A DNA stretch of 64,000 nucleotides from Macrostomum lignano. Taxonomy: Eukaryota. Made by a program: the position numbers and the translations under genes. Under the pieces are notes generated by a model. That model had not been told where the DNA came from and did no database searches. It worked only from the letters and a program-made list of their open reading frames with translations. Positions within the stretch are counted from its first letter, which is position 1. The number at the start of each line of letters is the position of its first letter. The stretch covers positions 62,001 through 126,000 of the forward strand of contig NIVC01000665.1 in assembly GCA_002269645.1 (NCBI GenBank), read 5' to 3'. Positions 1 to 12,562 of the stretch are shown piece after piece.

Positions 1-986
1 TGTCACAATTTTACTTAATTATAATATGTGCTCTCTACTGCGATTCCGAAACAACTCTAAAGCTTTAAGTGTCATGAGACAAAAGCTTACTAAATAAAAT
101 TACAAAAATGTCTTTAATAATTTATAACTTAAAAAATCCCTCTCTCGCCTCTGCCACCCTCACACTCTTCTCTAATACAAAGAAGTTCATGAATTCTATG
201 AATTTTTAAAATACTCTGATAAAAATATTGACTTAATTATTTTCAATGAGTAGTAGGTACAACAAGATTAAAAAAGCTTCCATATTTAATAGCTTTTCAA
301 AGTTTAAATATCAATACTTAGAATTTTACCTTCATGTTGTAGTTGGAGCGCGCAGCATGGGTTTTGGCCACAGACCCAAAAATGTATTGACTGATGCAAA
401 ATCGAATGGAATTCCCATATTGAAAAGAACTAACCAAACACTTTTTTGTTGCTCTAAAAAGCAAAAGGTTTTTTAAAATAAGAAAAAAGCTCAAATATAT
501 ATAGAATCAGTTGATGCACTTTTGAAAAAAACACTACGATGAAAGAAATTAGTATGTTTGTTAAAACTCCTAAAACCGACAAAATAAAAAAACTGCCTTT
601 AAATACCTCGACCATATTAACCGTAACTTGATTTAACTACCTGACTGAAGAAGTCCTGACGACTCCTCGTCTTGACTTTTGTCAATTCGCTGTGAAGCTT
701 TAGCTTTTGCAGTTGCAAGGCGTTTATAGTTCCAAATCAATATCCCATAGGAATCTTTTTTCACTGATTAGGCCCTAGACAATCGCGATGACGAACAGAA
801 CAGCTAGGTTAGTAGTAGGCTCTAGTCTAGTCTAGAAGTGCGATTGCCTAGACATGCTAGGCCTATACCCTAAGTTACTAAGTAAAGCATAATTTAATGA
901 AAGACATTTGTTTAGACCCTGCAGACGCCGTTTGGGTGTATGAAACACAGCAATGGGACAGTAAGCCTATATATATTTTTATTGAT

Positions 987-1588
987 GGCACTGCTTATCC
1001 CCACGGTACCGTAGGAATAATTTCTGTCTTATTCCAACGGTACCGTGCGAATAATTTTCTGCTTATCCGCACGGCACACTGAGCAGATAGCTGCCCTATC
1101 TTCTACATATGCCGTGCGAATAATTTTCTGCTTGTCCGCAATATGAATATGAATCATGCGAATTTACATGATATATATGATATGATATGATCATATATAA
1201 ATCACGGCGAGATCAGATTAGACTTTGCTAAAAATTTAAATAATAAACAACTCTTAGAGTTAATTTAATTTAAATCATTTGTTACTACACAAAAAAATAG
1301 AAAAAAATCTTTATTTCTTTAGAACAAATGTTCAAGCCAAGTTATGTTGTTATACTGCACTCAAATCGTATGTACTAAACTTCCCACAACACGGCATATG
1401 TAGAAGATAGGGCAGCTATCTCGTCAGTGTGCCGTGCGGATAAGCAGAAAATTATTCGCACGGCATATGTAGAAGATAGGGCAGCTATCTCCTCAGTGTG
1501 CCGTGCGGATAAGCAGAAAATTATTCGCACGGTACCGTTGGAATAAGACAGAAATTATTCCTACGGTACCGTGGGGATAAGCACTGCC
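987..1588. mobile_element. Non-autonomous Mutator (MULE)-like MITE/foldback element
   Basis: ~140-bp near-perfect TIRs (GGCACTGCTTATCCCCACGGTACC... / ...GGTACCGTGGGGATAAGCACTGCC) flanked by an exact 9-bp TSD TTTATTGAT (978-986, 1589-1597). A 9-bp TSD with long TIRs is typical of MULEs. Confidence 0.85.
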
Positions 1589-3703
1589 TTTATTGATTAG
1601 GCCTAAAAAAATAAGAACAGTTTTTGATTAGGCCTTATAGTAGCTCTAATCTAATCAAAGCCAAATAAATTAAATAATATTTGTAATTTAGATAGATATC
1701 TAGATAGATACATACTAACAAACCATTTAAGTTAAAATTACTCTTAAAATCAAACTTTAAAATAGGACCAATTCTAAGTGCAGTATCATAGCATTAATTC
1801 TTGTGTTTTGTTAGGAACATAGCTTATATTCACTTTCATTATATGATCATTTAAATGGTGAATTTATATGTAGATAGTATAAGACAAAACCAAAAGAGCT
1901 TGTAGGTTTTAAAATATACTAATAATAACAAAATTATATTAGAAGGATCATATTTCAAAATTCTAGGGAATTTTTGGTATATTAATCAATTAATAGTTTT
2001 GTCTTGGCTAGGCGTACATCTTGGACACTCCGCAAAAAAACAAAAATTGGACATTTATAACTATTGTACCTGTTTTTAGCCCCCTTCACTTTCATCTCAC
2101 AATCCCCCTAGTGAATAGAGACGTATGTTTTATATTAAATGGGGATCATAAAACAAAAGTGAGGTAGTGCAAAAGCAATTATCATAACAAATAATTTTGT
2201 TCTCAATCATGTGTCAATCATTGATAGAGATATACTGTTTAATGTAGACTGCATAGACTTTGGTTCCATAGAATGAACACAATCAAACTGTAAATTTGGG
2301 ACCATGTCACCATACTTGCATACTATTACTAATCCATTCAATTTTGTGATAGGCCCCCCTACAATCCCTTCATTGGCTTCAATACAATTTTATTATTGGT
2401 GTGGTTATAAGTTGAAACCTATGAGCTCTTTTGGTTTTGTGTTATAATCATCTATATATAAATATAATTTAACCATTTAAATGATCATGTGATGAAAGTA
2501 GATATAAGCTACATTTCTATAACTTTTTATGCTACATTTCAATGACAATTGCAATGATGATTTAGAGTGATTTGGAAAATGAAGACAATATACAATAATT
2601 ATGAAACAATTTTTGTTATATTAGAGTAAGGCCTATCTTGACTATTTTTTAACAGTAACAGGGATTGTAAAATGAAGCTTGACTTGCTCTTGGATTATCT
2701 AATGAAATAATGCCTAAAAGTCTATATAAATAATATCTTTTGGCTTTATTGCTAGTGCTAGAATATAAAATTATATATAGGGTCTAGTTTTAATTTAAGA
2801 TATGATTTTTAAATCAAGAATGCAATTTTTCCTTTTTTCTACAAAAGAAAAATATAATATTTGCTATATATGACAAGTTTTGCCAATAATAAGGTGCAAT
2901 ATTATATTCTAAGGCCCAATCTTACAATAGGCTTTTATAACTTTTTCTAAATTTGTTGTAATGCCTATGACTAAATACTATAAAGTTATACTAGTGCTAA
3001 TAATTCTCTGGATGTTTCATTAGATTTTATTATTTTCTTTTTAATTTAATATGGTTTTTCATTCAGATTTATATAACCAAATTATATATTTATTAAAATT
3101 ACTATTGCTAGCTAATAATAAATAAGCATCTTACTTCATTTGACTAATAATATACCCCATGTTAGCTTGCTGTGTTGTCCAAGCAAGTCCATATCTGTCT
3201 TAGTATTATATATAGTCTCAACCATTGCCTAGAAGTCTTAGTGCTATCTTTGTAGATACCAGGAACTAGACTGGCAAGTTAAAAGAACTGCTAACAACAA
3301 TACAGAAGCTTCATACACTTGTTGCAACAGCAATCAGCTTATCATAATTCTGTCTATTCTTTCAAATGATTTGGCTTCAATGTTTTCAAGGAAAGAGTAG
3401 AGACATTTCATTTTTCTAAAATTCAAAATTACCTAGCCTAAAATTTTAATATAGGTTATTTATCTACCAATATCTTAGCTTGTATTAGGTCTGCAGAATT
3501 TCATTTTAAGGTCATGCATAAGAGTGCTGAGTATTGATCTTCTTTGATAAACAACAACCTTTTTGTAACTCTATAGGCCACAAAATGGCAAATAAGTAAG
3601 CACTACTTCTTGTTAAATTAACATGCACTAATGTTTTGAGGTTTATTTTGAGCAGATTTATCCATTCATTTATGAGAGTTTTCATCAAACACAATAAACA
3701 ATA

Positions 3704-3796
3704 ATGGACTATAATGTTCTTAAAGAGAGAATTGCTGAAATGGAAAAGAAAGTTTTTGGTGCCAATCCGCCTACATTGGTTAAGGAGGCTGAGTCT
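3704..3796 (+). CDS. DCTN3: DCTN3 coding exon 1 (MDYNVLKERIAEMEKKVFGANPPTLVKEAES)
   Basis: ATG at 3704; donor TCT|gtaagt at 3796/3797, phase 0. Confidence 0.8.
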
Positions 3797-6700
3797 GTAA
3801 GTTCATTCCTTCAGTTCAGAAAACTGCCCTTGTAAACTGACTATCAGTTGGTAAAGTACAAAGCCCCCGTGAACTATCTATACAGCTGTTAAAGTACAAA
3901 GCCCCGTGAACTGACTATCAGTTGGTAAAGTACAAAGCCCCCATGAACTATCTAAACAGCTGTTAAAGTACAAAGCCCCGTGAACTGACTATCAGTTGGT
4001 AAAGTACAGAGCCCCCATGAACTATCTATACAGCTGTTAAAGTACAAAGCCCCGTGAACTGACTATCAGTTAGTAAAGTACAAAGCCCCCATGAACTATC
4101 TAAACAGCTCTTAAAGTACAAAGCCCCGTGAACTGACTATCAGTTGGTAAAGTACAGAGCCCCCATGAACTATCTAAACAGCTGTTAAAGTACAAAGCCC
4201 CGTGAACTGACTATCAGTTGGTAAAGTACAGTACCCCCGTGAACTATCTATACAGCTGTTAAAGTACAAAGCCCCGTGAACTGACTATCAGTTAGTAAAG
4301 TACAAAGCCCCCATGAACTATCTATACAGCTCTTAAAGTACAAAGCCCCGTGAACTGACTATCAGTTGGTAAAGTACAGAGCCCCCATGAACTATCTAAA
4401 CAGCTCTTAAAGTACAAAGCCCCGTGAACTGACTATCAGTTGGTAAAGTACAGAGCCCCCATGAACTATCTAAACAGCTCTTAAAGTACAAAGCCCTGTC
4501 CTATTCCTCGCCTTCCCAGTGCGCCGAAACGCTGCAGACGGTGAACAAGAAATACGAAGCCAGCACGGCTAAACGAGACAAAGTTCAGCGAATTCTGGCC
4601 AGATTCAACGAGATTGATAAGTACATGGACAGCCGGTTCTGCGAAGAGACGGCTCTGTCGACCGAGGCCAAGATTCGAGTCATCCTGAGCGAGGAGCAGC
4701 AGATCCGGGAGACCGCAGCCGCTCTGGAGAGAATCTCCGAGCTGAAGTCTGTACTCGATAGCGAGCACCTTCAAGCTGCCGATCAGAAACTGTTGGAGCG
4801 CTTTGCCGAGCTGCGTCAGAAGCAGTTGGAGCAGACTGAGGATGCCCATAAATTGGAGCAGCAGACCTACGAACTGCTAAATGTGTATTTCAGCTTTGTA
4901 AGTCACCTTTTTTATGACGTTTATTCCAAGGCTGCTCCGATTGAAACCTTTTCAACCCATTTGGTCAGTGGGAACTGGTTTTTTCTAGGGCAGCCAGATT
5001 AAATATGCAGTCTGCTCATAGTGCTCGGTTGAGTCTGTACCAAGTGTATTAGTGACCAACTGAGTCTCCAGGGTTTGACACAGTTTCTCAATATGTATGA
5101 TGCTGGTTGAGATTCAAAATCCATCAAATATAAGAGTGAGATATCAATAAGGGTGAGGGCACAAAATCCACCAATCTATGGGTGAGATTTTCAGAGATTC
5201 AAAATCCACCAATCTATGGGTGAGATTCAAAATCCACCAATCTATTGTGAGATTCAAAATCCACCAATCTATGAGTGAGATTCAAAATCCATCGGTCAAT
5301 GGGTGAGATTTAAAAAGCATCAATCTATGGGTGAGATTTAAAATCCACCAGTCTATGGGTGAGATTCAAAATCCATCAGTCTATGGTTGAGATTCAAAAT
5401 CTGTCAAGTAAAAACCGCCGACATTCCTGCTGCTCCGATTGAAACCTTTTCTACTCATTTTGTCAGTGGGAACTGGTTTTTTCTAGGGCAGCTAAATTAA
5501 ACAAATATGCAGTCTGCTCATAGTGCTCGGTTGAGTCTGTATCTGTACCAAGTGTATTAGTGACCAGCTGAGTCTCCAGGGTTTGACACAGTTTCGCAAT
5601 ATGTATGATACTGACTGCGATTTAAAATCCATCAGTCTACGGGTGAGATTCAAAGTCCATCAATCTATGGGTGAGATTTAAAATCCACCAATCTATGTGT
5701 GAGATTCAAAATCCATCAGTATTCATAAGGATGAGATTTAAAATCCACCAATCTATGTGTGAGATTTAAAATCCACTAATCTATGTGTGAGATTCAAAAT
5801 CCGCCAATCCATTGGTAAGATTCAAAATCCACCAATCTATGTGAGATTCAAAATCCACCAGTCTATGGGTGAGATTCAAAATCCACTAATCCATGGGTAA
5901 CATTCAAAATCCACCAATCTATGGGTGAGATTCAAAATCCACCAATCTATTGTGAGATTCAAAATCCACCAATCTATGAGTGAGATTCAAAATCCATCGG
6001 TCAATGGGTGAGATTTAAAAAGCATCAATCTATGGGTGAGATTTAAAAAGCATCAATCTATGGGTGAGATTTAAAATCCACCAGTCTATGGGTGAGATTC
6101 AAAATCTGTCAAGTAAAAACCGCCGACATTCCTGCTGCTCCGATTGAAACCTTTTCAACCCATTTTGTCAGTGGGAACTGGTTTTTTCTAGGGCAGCTAA
6201 ATTAAACAAATATGCAGTCTGCTCATAGTGCTCAGTTGAGTCTGTACCAAGTGTATTAGTGACCAGCTGAGTCTCCAGGGTTTGACACAGTTTCTCAATA
6301 GGTATGATACTGATTGCGATTTAAAATCCATCAGTCTACGGGTGAGACTCAAAGTCCATCAATGTATGGGTGAGATTCACAATCCAACAATCTATGTGTG
6401 AGATTCAAAATCCACCAATCTATGTGTGAGATTTAAAATCCACCAATCTATTGTGAGATTCAAAATCCACCAATCTATTGTGAGATTCAAAATCCACCAA
6501 TCTATGCGTGAGATTCAAAATCCACCAATCTACGGGTGAGATTCAAAATCCACCAGTCTATGTGTGAGATTTAAAATCCATCGGTCCATGGGTGAGATTT
6601 AAAAAGCATCAATCTATGGGTGAGATTTAAAATCCACCAATCTATGTGTGAGGTTCAAAATCCGCCAATCCATGGTTAAGATTCAAAATCCACCAATCTA

Positions 6701-7987
6701 TGTGTGAGATTCAAAATCCACCAATCTATGTGTGAGATTCAAAATCCACCAATCCATGGTTAAGATTCAAAATCCACCAATCTATGTGTGAGATTCAAAA
6801 TCCATCAGTCTATGTATGAGATTCAAAATCCACCAATCCATGGTTAAGATTCAAAATCCACCAATCTATGTGTGAGATTCAAAATCCACCAATCTATGTG
6901 TGAGATTCAAAATCCACCAATCTATGTGTGAGATTTAAAATCCACCAATCTATGTGTGAGGTTCAAAATCCGCCAATCCATGGTTAAGATTCAAAATCCA
7001 CCAATCTATGTGTGAGATTCAAAATCCACCAATCTATGTGTGAGATTCAAAATCCGCCAATCCATGGTTAAGATTCAAAATCCACCAATCTATGTGTGAG
7101 ATTCAAAATCCATCAGTCTATGTATGAGATTCAAAATCCACCAATCCATGGTTAAGATTCAAAATCCACCAATCTATGTGTGAGATTCAAAATCCACCAA
7201 TCTATGTGTGAGATTCAAAATCCACCAATCTATGTGTGAGATTCAAAATCCACCAATCTATGTGTGAGATTCAAAATCCACCAATCCATGGTTAAGATTC
7301 AAAATCCACCAATCTATGTGTGAGATTCAAAATCCACCAATCTATGTATGAGATTCAAAATCCACCAATATATGTGTGAGATTCAAAATCCACCAATCTA
7401 TGTGTGAGATTCAAAATCCACCAATCTATGTGTGAGATTCAAAATCCACCAATCCATGGGTAAGATTCAAAATCCACCAATCTATCTGTGAGATTTAAAA
7501 TACATCAATATATGGGTGAGATTCAAAATCCACCAATCCATGGGTGAGATTCAAAATCCATCAGTCTATGGGTGAGATTCAAAATCCATCAGTCTATGGG
7601 TGAGATTCAAAATCTGTCAAGTAAAAACCGCCGACATTCCTGCTGCTCCGATTGAAACCTTTTCAACCCATTTTGTCAGTGGGAACTGGTTTTTTCTAGG
7701 GCAGCTAAATTAAACAAATATGCAGTCTGCTCATAGTGCTCAGTTGAGTCTGTACCAAGTGTATTAGTGACCAGCTGAGTCTCCAGGGTTTGACACAATT
7801 TTAAAATATATACTTTTTCAATTGTTTTTCTATCCATAAAGTTTCTTTTGTACGCATATATTGCTACTAACGAGTAGAGCTGTTGAAATATATGCCCGTA
7901 ATTTTCTCGCCTTTTTTCCAGATGGACCTCGTTTCCAAACAGTTTATCGCTTGGAATAAGAAGGTTCGCGCTGCAGAGGGTAAATAA
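3704..7987 (+). CDS. DCTN3: Dynactin subunit 3 (p22/p24), 3 coding exons: 3704-3796, 4520-4897, 7922-7987; 178 aa
   Basis: Spliced translation MDYNVLKERIAEMEKKVFG...KRDKVQRILARFNEIDKYMD...ILSEEQQI...LDSEHLQ...MDLVSKQFIAWNKK* aligns along its length with the DCTN3 family pattern (RVEELERWVYG / KRERVK / LDSAHIK / LSKQFVQWD). All junctions are GT-AG, phase 0. Confidence 0.85.
3832..4496. repeat. Tandem array of a ~72-bp dimer (two related ~36-bp halves) filling DCTN3 intron 1
   Basis: Alternating GTGAACTGACTATCAGTTGGTAAAGTACAAAGCCCCC and ATGAACTATCTAAACAGCTGTTAAAGTACAAAGCCCC, about 9 dimers. Confidence 0.92.
4520..4897 (+). CDS. DCTN3: DCTN3 coding exon 2
   Basis: Acceptor ttcccag|TGC; in frame with ORF 4541-5002; donor TTT|gtaagt. 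Confidence 0.88.
4931..7797. repeat. Compound repeat in DCTN3 intron 2: four copies of a ~160-bp block separated by ~30-bp minisatellite runs
   Basis: Block GCTGCTCCGATTGAAACC...GGGTTTGACACA at ~4931, 5429, 6134 and 7642; intervening GAGATTCAAAATCCACCAATCTATGTGT arrays. Confidence 0.92.
7922..7987 (+). CDS. DCTN3: DCTN3 terminal exon (MDLVSKQFIAWNKKVRAAEGK*)
   Basis: Acceptor ttttttccag|ATG; SKQF-x-x-W motif of the DCTN3 C-terminus; TAA at 7985-7987. Confidence 0.82.
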   Translation: MDLVSKQFIAWNKKVRAAEGK

Positions 7988-8084
7988 TTGACGGATTGAG
8001 CGATGCAAGTTGGCATCACGTCTCGTTTCGTTGGTTCGAGTCAAGTTCCGGCCTCGCGTGTCTGGATTAGAATTCAGGAATCAG

Positions 8085-8300
8085 AACTCAGTGATATTTG
8101 GGATCTGGAAGTGGGATTAGAATAGCGATATTTGGGATCTGGAAGTGGGATTAGAATAGCGATTCAGTGATATTTGGGATCTGGAAGTGGGATTGGAATA
8201 GCGATTCAGTGATATTTGGGATCTGGAAGTGGGATTAGAATTAGAATTCAGTGGTATTTGGATCTTAAAGGATATCAGGGATCTGAAAGTGGATTTAGGA
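8085..8300. repeat. Short tandem repeat (~33-42 bp) downstream of the DCTN3 stop
   Basis: GATATTTGGGATCTGGAAGTGGGATTAGAATAG repeated 4-5 times, decaying. Confidence 0.8.
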
Positions 8301-8959
8301 TCTAAGAGTGGGGGATGAAGGTTCTGAAAGTGAGGTATTACTGAAGATATGGAACTCTGGAACAGTGAGATTAGAAACGGGTGTGGGGTAGGAAACACAG
8401 AGTGTATGCGATCTGTATTCGTGATCTTCCGAGCTAAAATAATAGACATTGATGCAGTTCGAACACTTGCAATATAAATATACATTTAAATAATTAAGGT
8501 TCTCTATATAATAATTTCTTTGTTGATGTATCTTCATGTTCTGCTATCTCACAAATTTGTTGCATTGTCCTATATGGTACCAAGGTGTTGGCTATTGCAG
8601 CACCTATTTAACATACGATTGGTGTTGCTTATATATTGTTACTATTTTCCACAATTTCCCCAGACAGTCTGTCACCGTTTTTGTCTCCAATTTCTGTTGG
8701 CTAAATTGTGATTGGTCAAGTTTGATAATATTGTACATAATGCTAGATATTTTCTTTTGGTAATAGCCTTAATTATATTATTGCTTCTTGCAAGCTTGTT
8801 ATAAATTTATGAATCGCATATTTAAACTTTATTCTCCTTGTGTGCAGGCTACTCTTATGTTTATGACAGAAGACAATAAAATTGGATTTCTTTTTGAATT
8901 ATTTTTTTCATTTATTATGAATGGAGCTCAGAGGAAGCACGAGATTTTTCTGCGGTAAG

Positions 8960-9965
8960 GTTCCCGCAGCACTACCGTGGCTTTGCGCGTGGGTTGACAC
9001 CGATCGGAGAGGTTGCTCAACGCTCAGCAACAGCAACGGCTGGGCAAGCTGATTGTCTACCTCGTCGCTGTCGGCTGTTGGTTCCCGACGGTTGCAAAGA
9101 TCTGCGGGGTGTTGCCAACAGCCTTGCCTGGGCTGCCACTCGGTCTGTGAGGGCAGTCCCGAAATCCCACTGAAATGATGTGGGCGCCTCGGTTTTCTTG
9201 GCCTCGCCACATGTTTGGGCGCAATCTAGGGATTCACCCGGCCGTTTCTATTGGCAACACACACATGTAAGTCGCTATTGGACAGAATAGTAGTCACGTG
9301 ACTGCTCTCAGCCATGATAGCGACTTACATGTGTGTGTGTTGCCAATAGAAACGATCGATGATTCCCGATGTTGCGCATGTATGCCTCTCCATCCTGTCA
9401 TGAACTGTTGCAGATGCTCAGCGCCAAATCAACAGGTTGGTCGAAATAGCTTCCAGCGTCTGCCTTGTTAGGCTTACTGTATGACCGAAGTACTCACCGT
9501 GCCGGCTGACATCCCAGCAAAACTGACATGCCGCGGCGCCGACAGGCAGTAGAAAACGCGCTCAACTGATCACCTATCTCGGTGATCTGGTGACCCACAA
9601 AGAACATCTGAAGGCGCAAAGGACTTGCTTGGGTGGCCTCGCCTGTACCAATCCATTAGGGCCGTCTTTCAGTCCGAAGTGCCTCCCGACGCCAGAAGGC
9701 TTGGCTTCGGCATGCGGTGGTCGAGACCGTCCTGCTCTACAGCACTGAGATGTGGACACTAACACCGTGCGCTCTTTCGAGTTCACGAGAGCGTCGGGAC
9801 TGAAGCCGAGTACCAGAGAGCCCAGCTGCAACGCCCGTCCACAACCGGGGCCAGGCCCGAACCCATCGATACGTGGACTGCTGTGCAACGCTGGGGCACT
9901 CTCAATGCCGCTGGCAGGGCGGACTTTGCTCTGTCGCGCTGCGGAGCGCCAGTTGACGCCCTCTG
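8960..9965 (+). mobile_element. Decayed non-LTR retrotransposon (RTE-like) RT/C-terminal fragments, two partial copies, interrupted by a MITE
   Basis: Frameshifted translations LSILS*TVADAQRQINRLVEIASSV (9386-), TYLGDLV, SIRAVFQSE, AVVETVLLYSTEMWTLT (9714-9764), RGQARTHRYVDC; an upstream, more diverged copy reads LVPDGCKDL...LAWAATRSVRAV. These resemble the post-YADD/thumb region of LINE RTs. Recognised by eye only. Confidence 0.62.
9210..9381. mobile_element. Palindromic MITE, copy 1 (central GTCACGTGAC)
   Basis: Arms GTTTCTATTGGCAACACACACATGTAAGTCGCTA / TAGCGACTTACATGTGTGTGTGTTGCCAATAGAAAC; ~90% similar copy at 27581-27749; TSD not resolved. Confidence 0.75.
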
Positions 9966-10065
9966 ACCGCTTGGACCTTACCAAGTTGCGTCTTGTGGTA
10001 GTTCCTGCTGCGCGCCGTCTTCCAAGATCGGCGACGAGTGAGTTTCCAATGCGGCACAGCCGATA

Positions 10066-10620
10066 CTATATCGTCGCGCCGGCCTGGTACGTCCAAGCAA
10101 CCTGTTGTTGCGCTGTTGGCGACTCCAGCTGGCAAGCCACATCATTTGCGCCGAGTCGTACTGCCCACAGCCTTGTGTCATTCCATGCAGACCCTTTTGA
10201 GAGCAAGTTCTGTTGGTCTGCTGAAATTTCCTTCAGAGCCATGCACCAGCTGCTGAATGACTCGTCTAGCTGTTGGTTTCGCATCCAAAATTCTCGACGC
10301 TTAAAAGACTCATTTCTTTCTGCAGAGATGAATTTTCCAGTGCGTTCAGGTTGCTGTCGGGATCCTTGGTTTCTGCTTTCAAGTCGGGAAGATTCTCCAC
10401 GACTTAGGTGTCTCCAGACTGAGTGCTGTTTGCAGAGCGCATAGGCGCAGACGCTTCTGGGAGCCGCCTGGTAGATCTACGAGTATCAGGCCTGATATTG
10501 CTTCAAAGCTATTCCACATCTGGATCCACTGCAGGAATACTAGTAGATGTCGTTGAGACTCCAAGTCAAACTTTGGCACACCTTTGGTGTGGAGCTTTGG
10601 TGCATCTGTGACATTCACTG
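10066..10620 (-). mobile_element. Decayed Ty3/Gypsy gag-like fragment
   Basis: Minus-strand pieces PKFDLES..FLQWIQMWNSFEAISGL and FKRREFWMRNQQLDESFSSWCMALKEIS resemble the retrotransposon gag R-x-Q-x-x-x-E-S-F motif; frameshifted. Confidence 0.5.
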
Positions 10621-11365
10621 CCTCTCGTTCCGCTGGCGATGCAAATTTTGGTCTGCTGCGTTGCGACAACTTTTGCAATGCGTCAAGTTTCCAAACCAGT
10701 AGAGTAGACAAATCCATGTGTTCTTGTACGATCGATGTACAATACATGTACACTAGTGCGAGCAGATTTTGCAGCGCATCTCTGCTATGTTTACCCAAGC
10801 ACTGCTGCATCTACCATGCAAGTGTGTCTAATTGTAGCCAAACTGTCATGGAATAATTTATCGCCTAAACAAGATTTCCTATCTATGCGAGTGTTAATAC
10901 CACGCCACTCCCATGCAGTGCCGACCGGTTCCAGCTGCATCTTCTGATGCTGATATATTAAATGCAATATTTTAGCTACAACTTAGTTATACGAGTATAA
11001 CATTAAGAAAATAGTCACCGAAGTAGCAACTTCAAACTTTCCGACGTATAAATTAGCGATAGACGGCTAGACTCGTGGCTGCTTAAGTTACTCTTGTACT
11101 GTGCTGTGCAGCATGCGTCACATGGCTCAGCCTACAAAGCGGCGAATTTCCAATGGCAAACATTGGATTGAATCATTGGTGAGCAGTCAATATATTGTAT
11201 GATTCTTGTTTACCAGTTTGTAATGCTGATGCGTTCCAATACGAGATGCGTAATGCTGGATAAGAATGCCAGCAAGCATGTAAGAATAGTGGAGGCAGTT
11301 AGGAAAATGCCCCCAAACGCATTTCAATGCTTCGAACTTTGATCTGAGTTAATTAGTTCTACTGA

Positions 11366-11715
11366 GTGAGTGCATCCTCACACTCTCAGTTGCATCCCCA
11401 CTCTATCCGTTGCACCCTCGCTCTCTCGATTGCAGCCTCTCTCTCTTGCAGTTGCAGCCTCACTCTCAGTTGCATTCTCAGACTCTCAGTTGCAGCCTCA
11501 CTCTCAGTTGCATCCTCACACTCTCAGTTGCATCCCCACTCTATCCGTTGCACCCTCGCTCTCTCGATTGCAGCCTCACTCTCTCCGCTGCACCCTCGCT
11601 CTCTCAGTTGCATCCTCACTCTATCCGTTGCACCCTCGCTATCTCGATTGCAACCTCTCTCTCTTGCAGCCTCACTCTCAGTTGCATCCTCACACTCAGT
11701 TGCAGCCTCGCCCTC
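11366..11715. repeat. CT-rich degenerate minisatellite
   Basis: Recurrent CACTCTCAGTTGCATCC / TTGCAGCCT units; source of ORFs 11366-11762. Confidence 0.85.
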
Positions 11716-12340
11716 TCTGCTGTCCCAGTCTCAGTCTACAAATAAACCACTTTAGACTGTAGATGCTATATAGAAATGCTTACCCACAGAGTGGTAGAGA
11801 GTTATGGAAATCCCCACCCAGTGTTTTTTTTCTACTCCGGCTGAATGAGAGCGTAACTCACCTTTATTCTTGCTCAAGTTTTATTGTTTAAGTTCACGCC
11901 TCCCCCCTCTAGCTCTCTCTCTCTACTGGTCTGCCCTCTTCTCAGACTGAGAATTTCTGGCTCTATTACACAGCTTGTTTTAGTTTTTACTGACCTTTTT
12001 AACCCATGCCCACACTATAAGAATTCGGGGAGGGATCTGTGACTCAGTATATTGATAAAAAATGAAGACTTAAGTGTAGTATACTAGTAACTCGTATTCT
12101 GAAAAATAGCGTTTTGTAGAAAAAACCCTTGCTATTCGACCCAATATCAAGCCTTCTTGAGATGAGCAGACCTAAACATACAATGCTAACTTAGCTCAAT
12201 ATTCCAAGAAACCTGAAGACACTGTTACCAGTAACAGTAGTAAAAGCGTTGTGTAGCAATGAGTAATAAAGTAAAATGTTGTAAATACTTCGAAGCATTT
12301 AGCTCGAATTAGAACGCCAATGATTAGCATGCTAAAAAGA

Positions 12341-12562
12341 CAGTGGCGGTGCAGCACCTTTCGATTGGGGGGGGGGGGGGGCGGTGGTTGGGTGGTCACC
12401 CCCTCCCCCCAACGAATTTTTAGAATTAGTGCAGCGCATTACGCTAAAATCTCAAAAACGCATACCGAGCTCGTACTAAAAATTATGGTGGGTCACCCCA
12501 GGGAGGATGGGAGGGTGGTCATCTGGGTAGCAGCCCCTCTGCCCCCGCCTGCGCCGCCACTG
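12341..12562. mobile_element. hAT-like MITE (no intact TSD)
   Basis: Termini CAGTGGCGGTGCAG ... CTGCGCCGCCACTG with G/C-run subterminal regions; the 8-bp flanks do not match. Confidence 0.55.
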
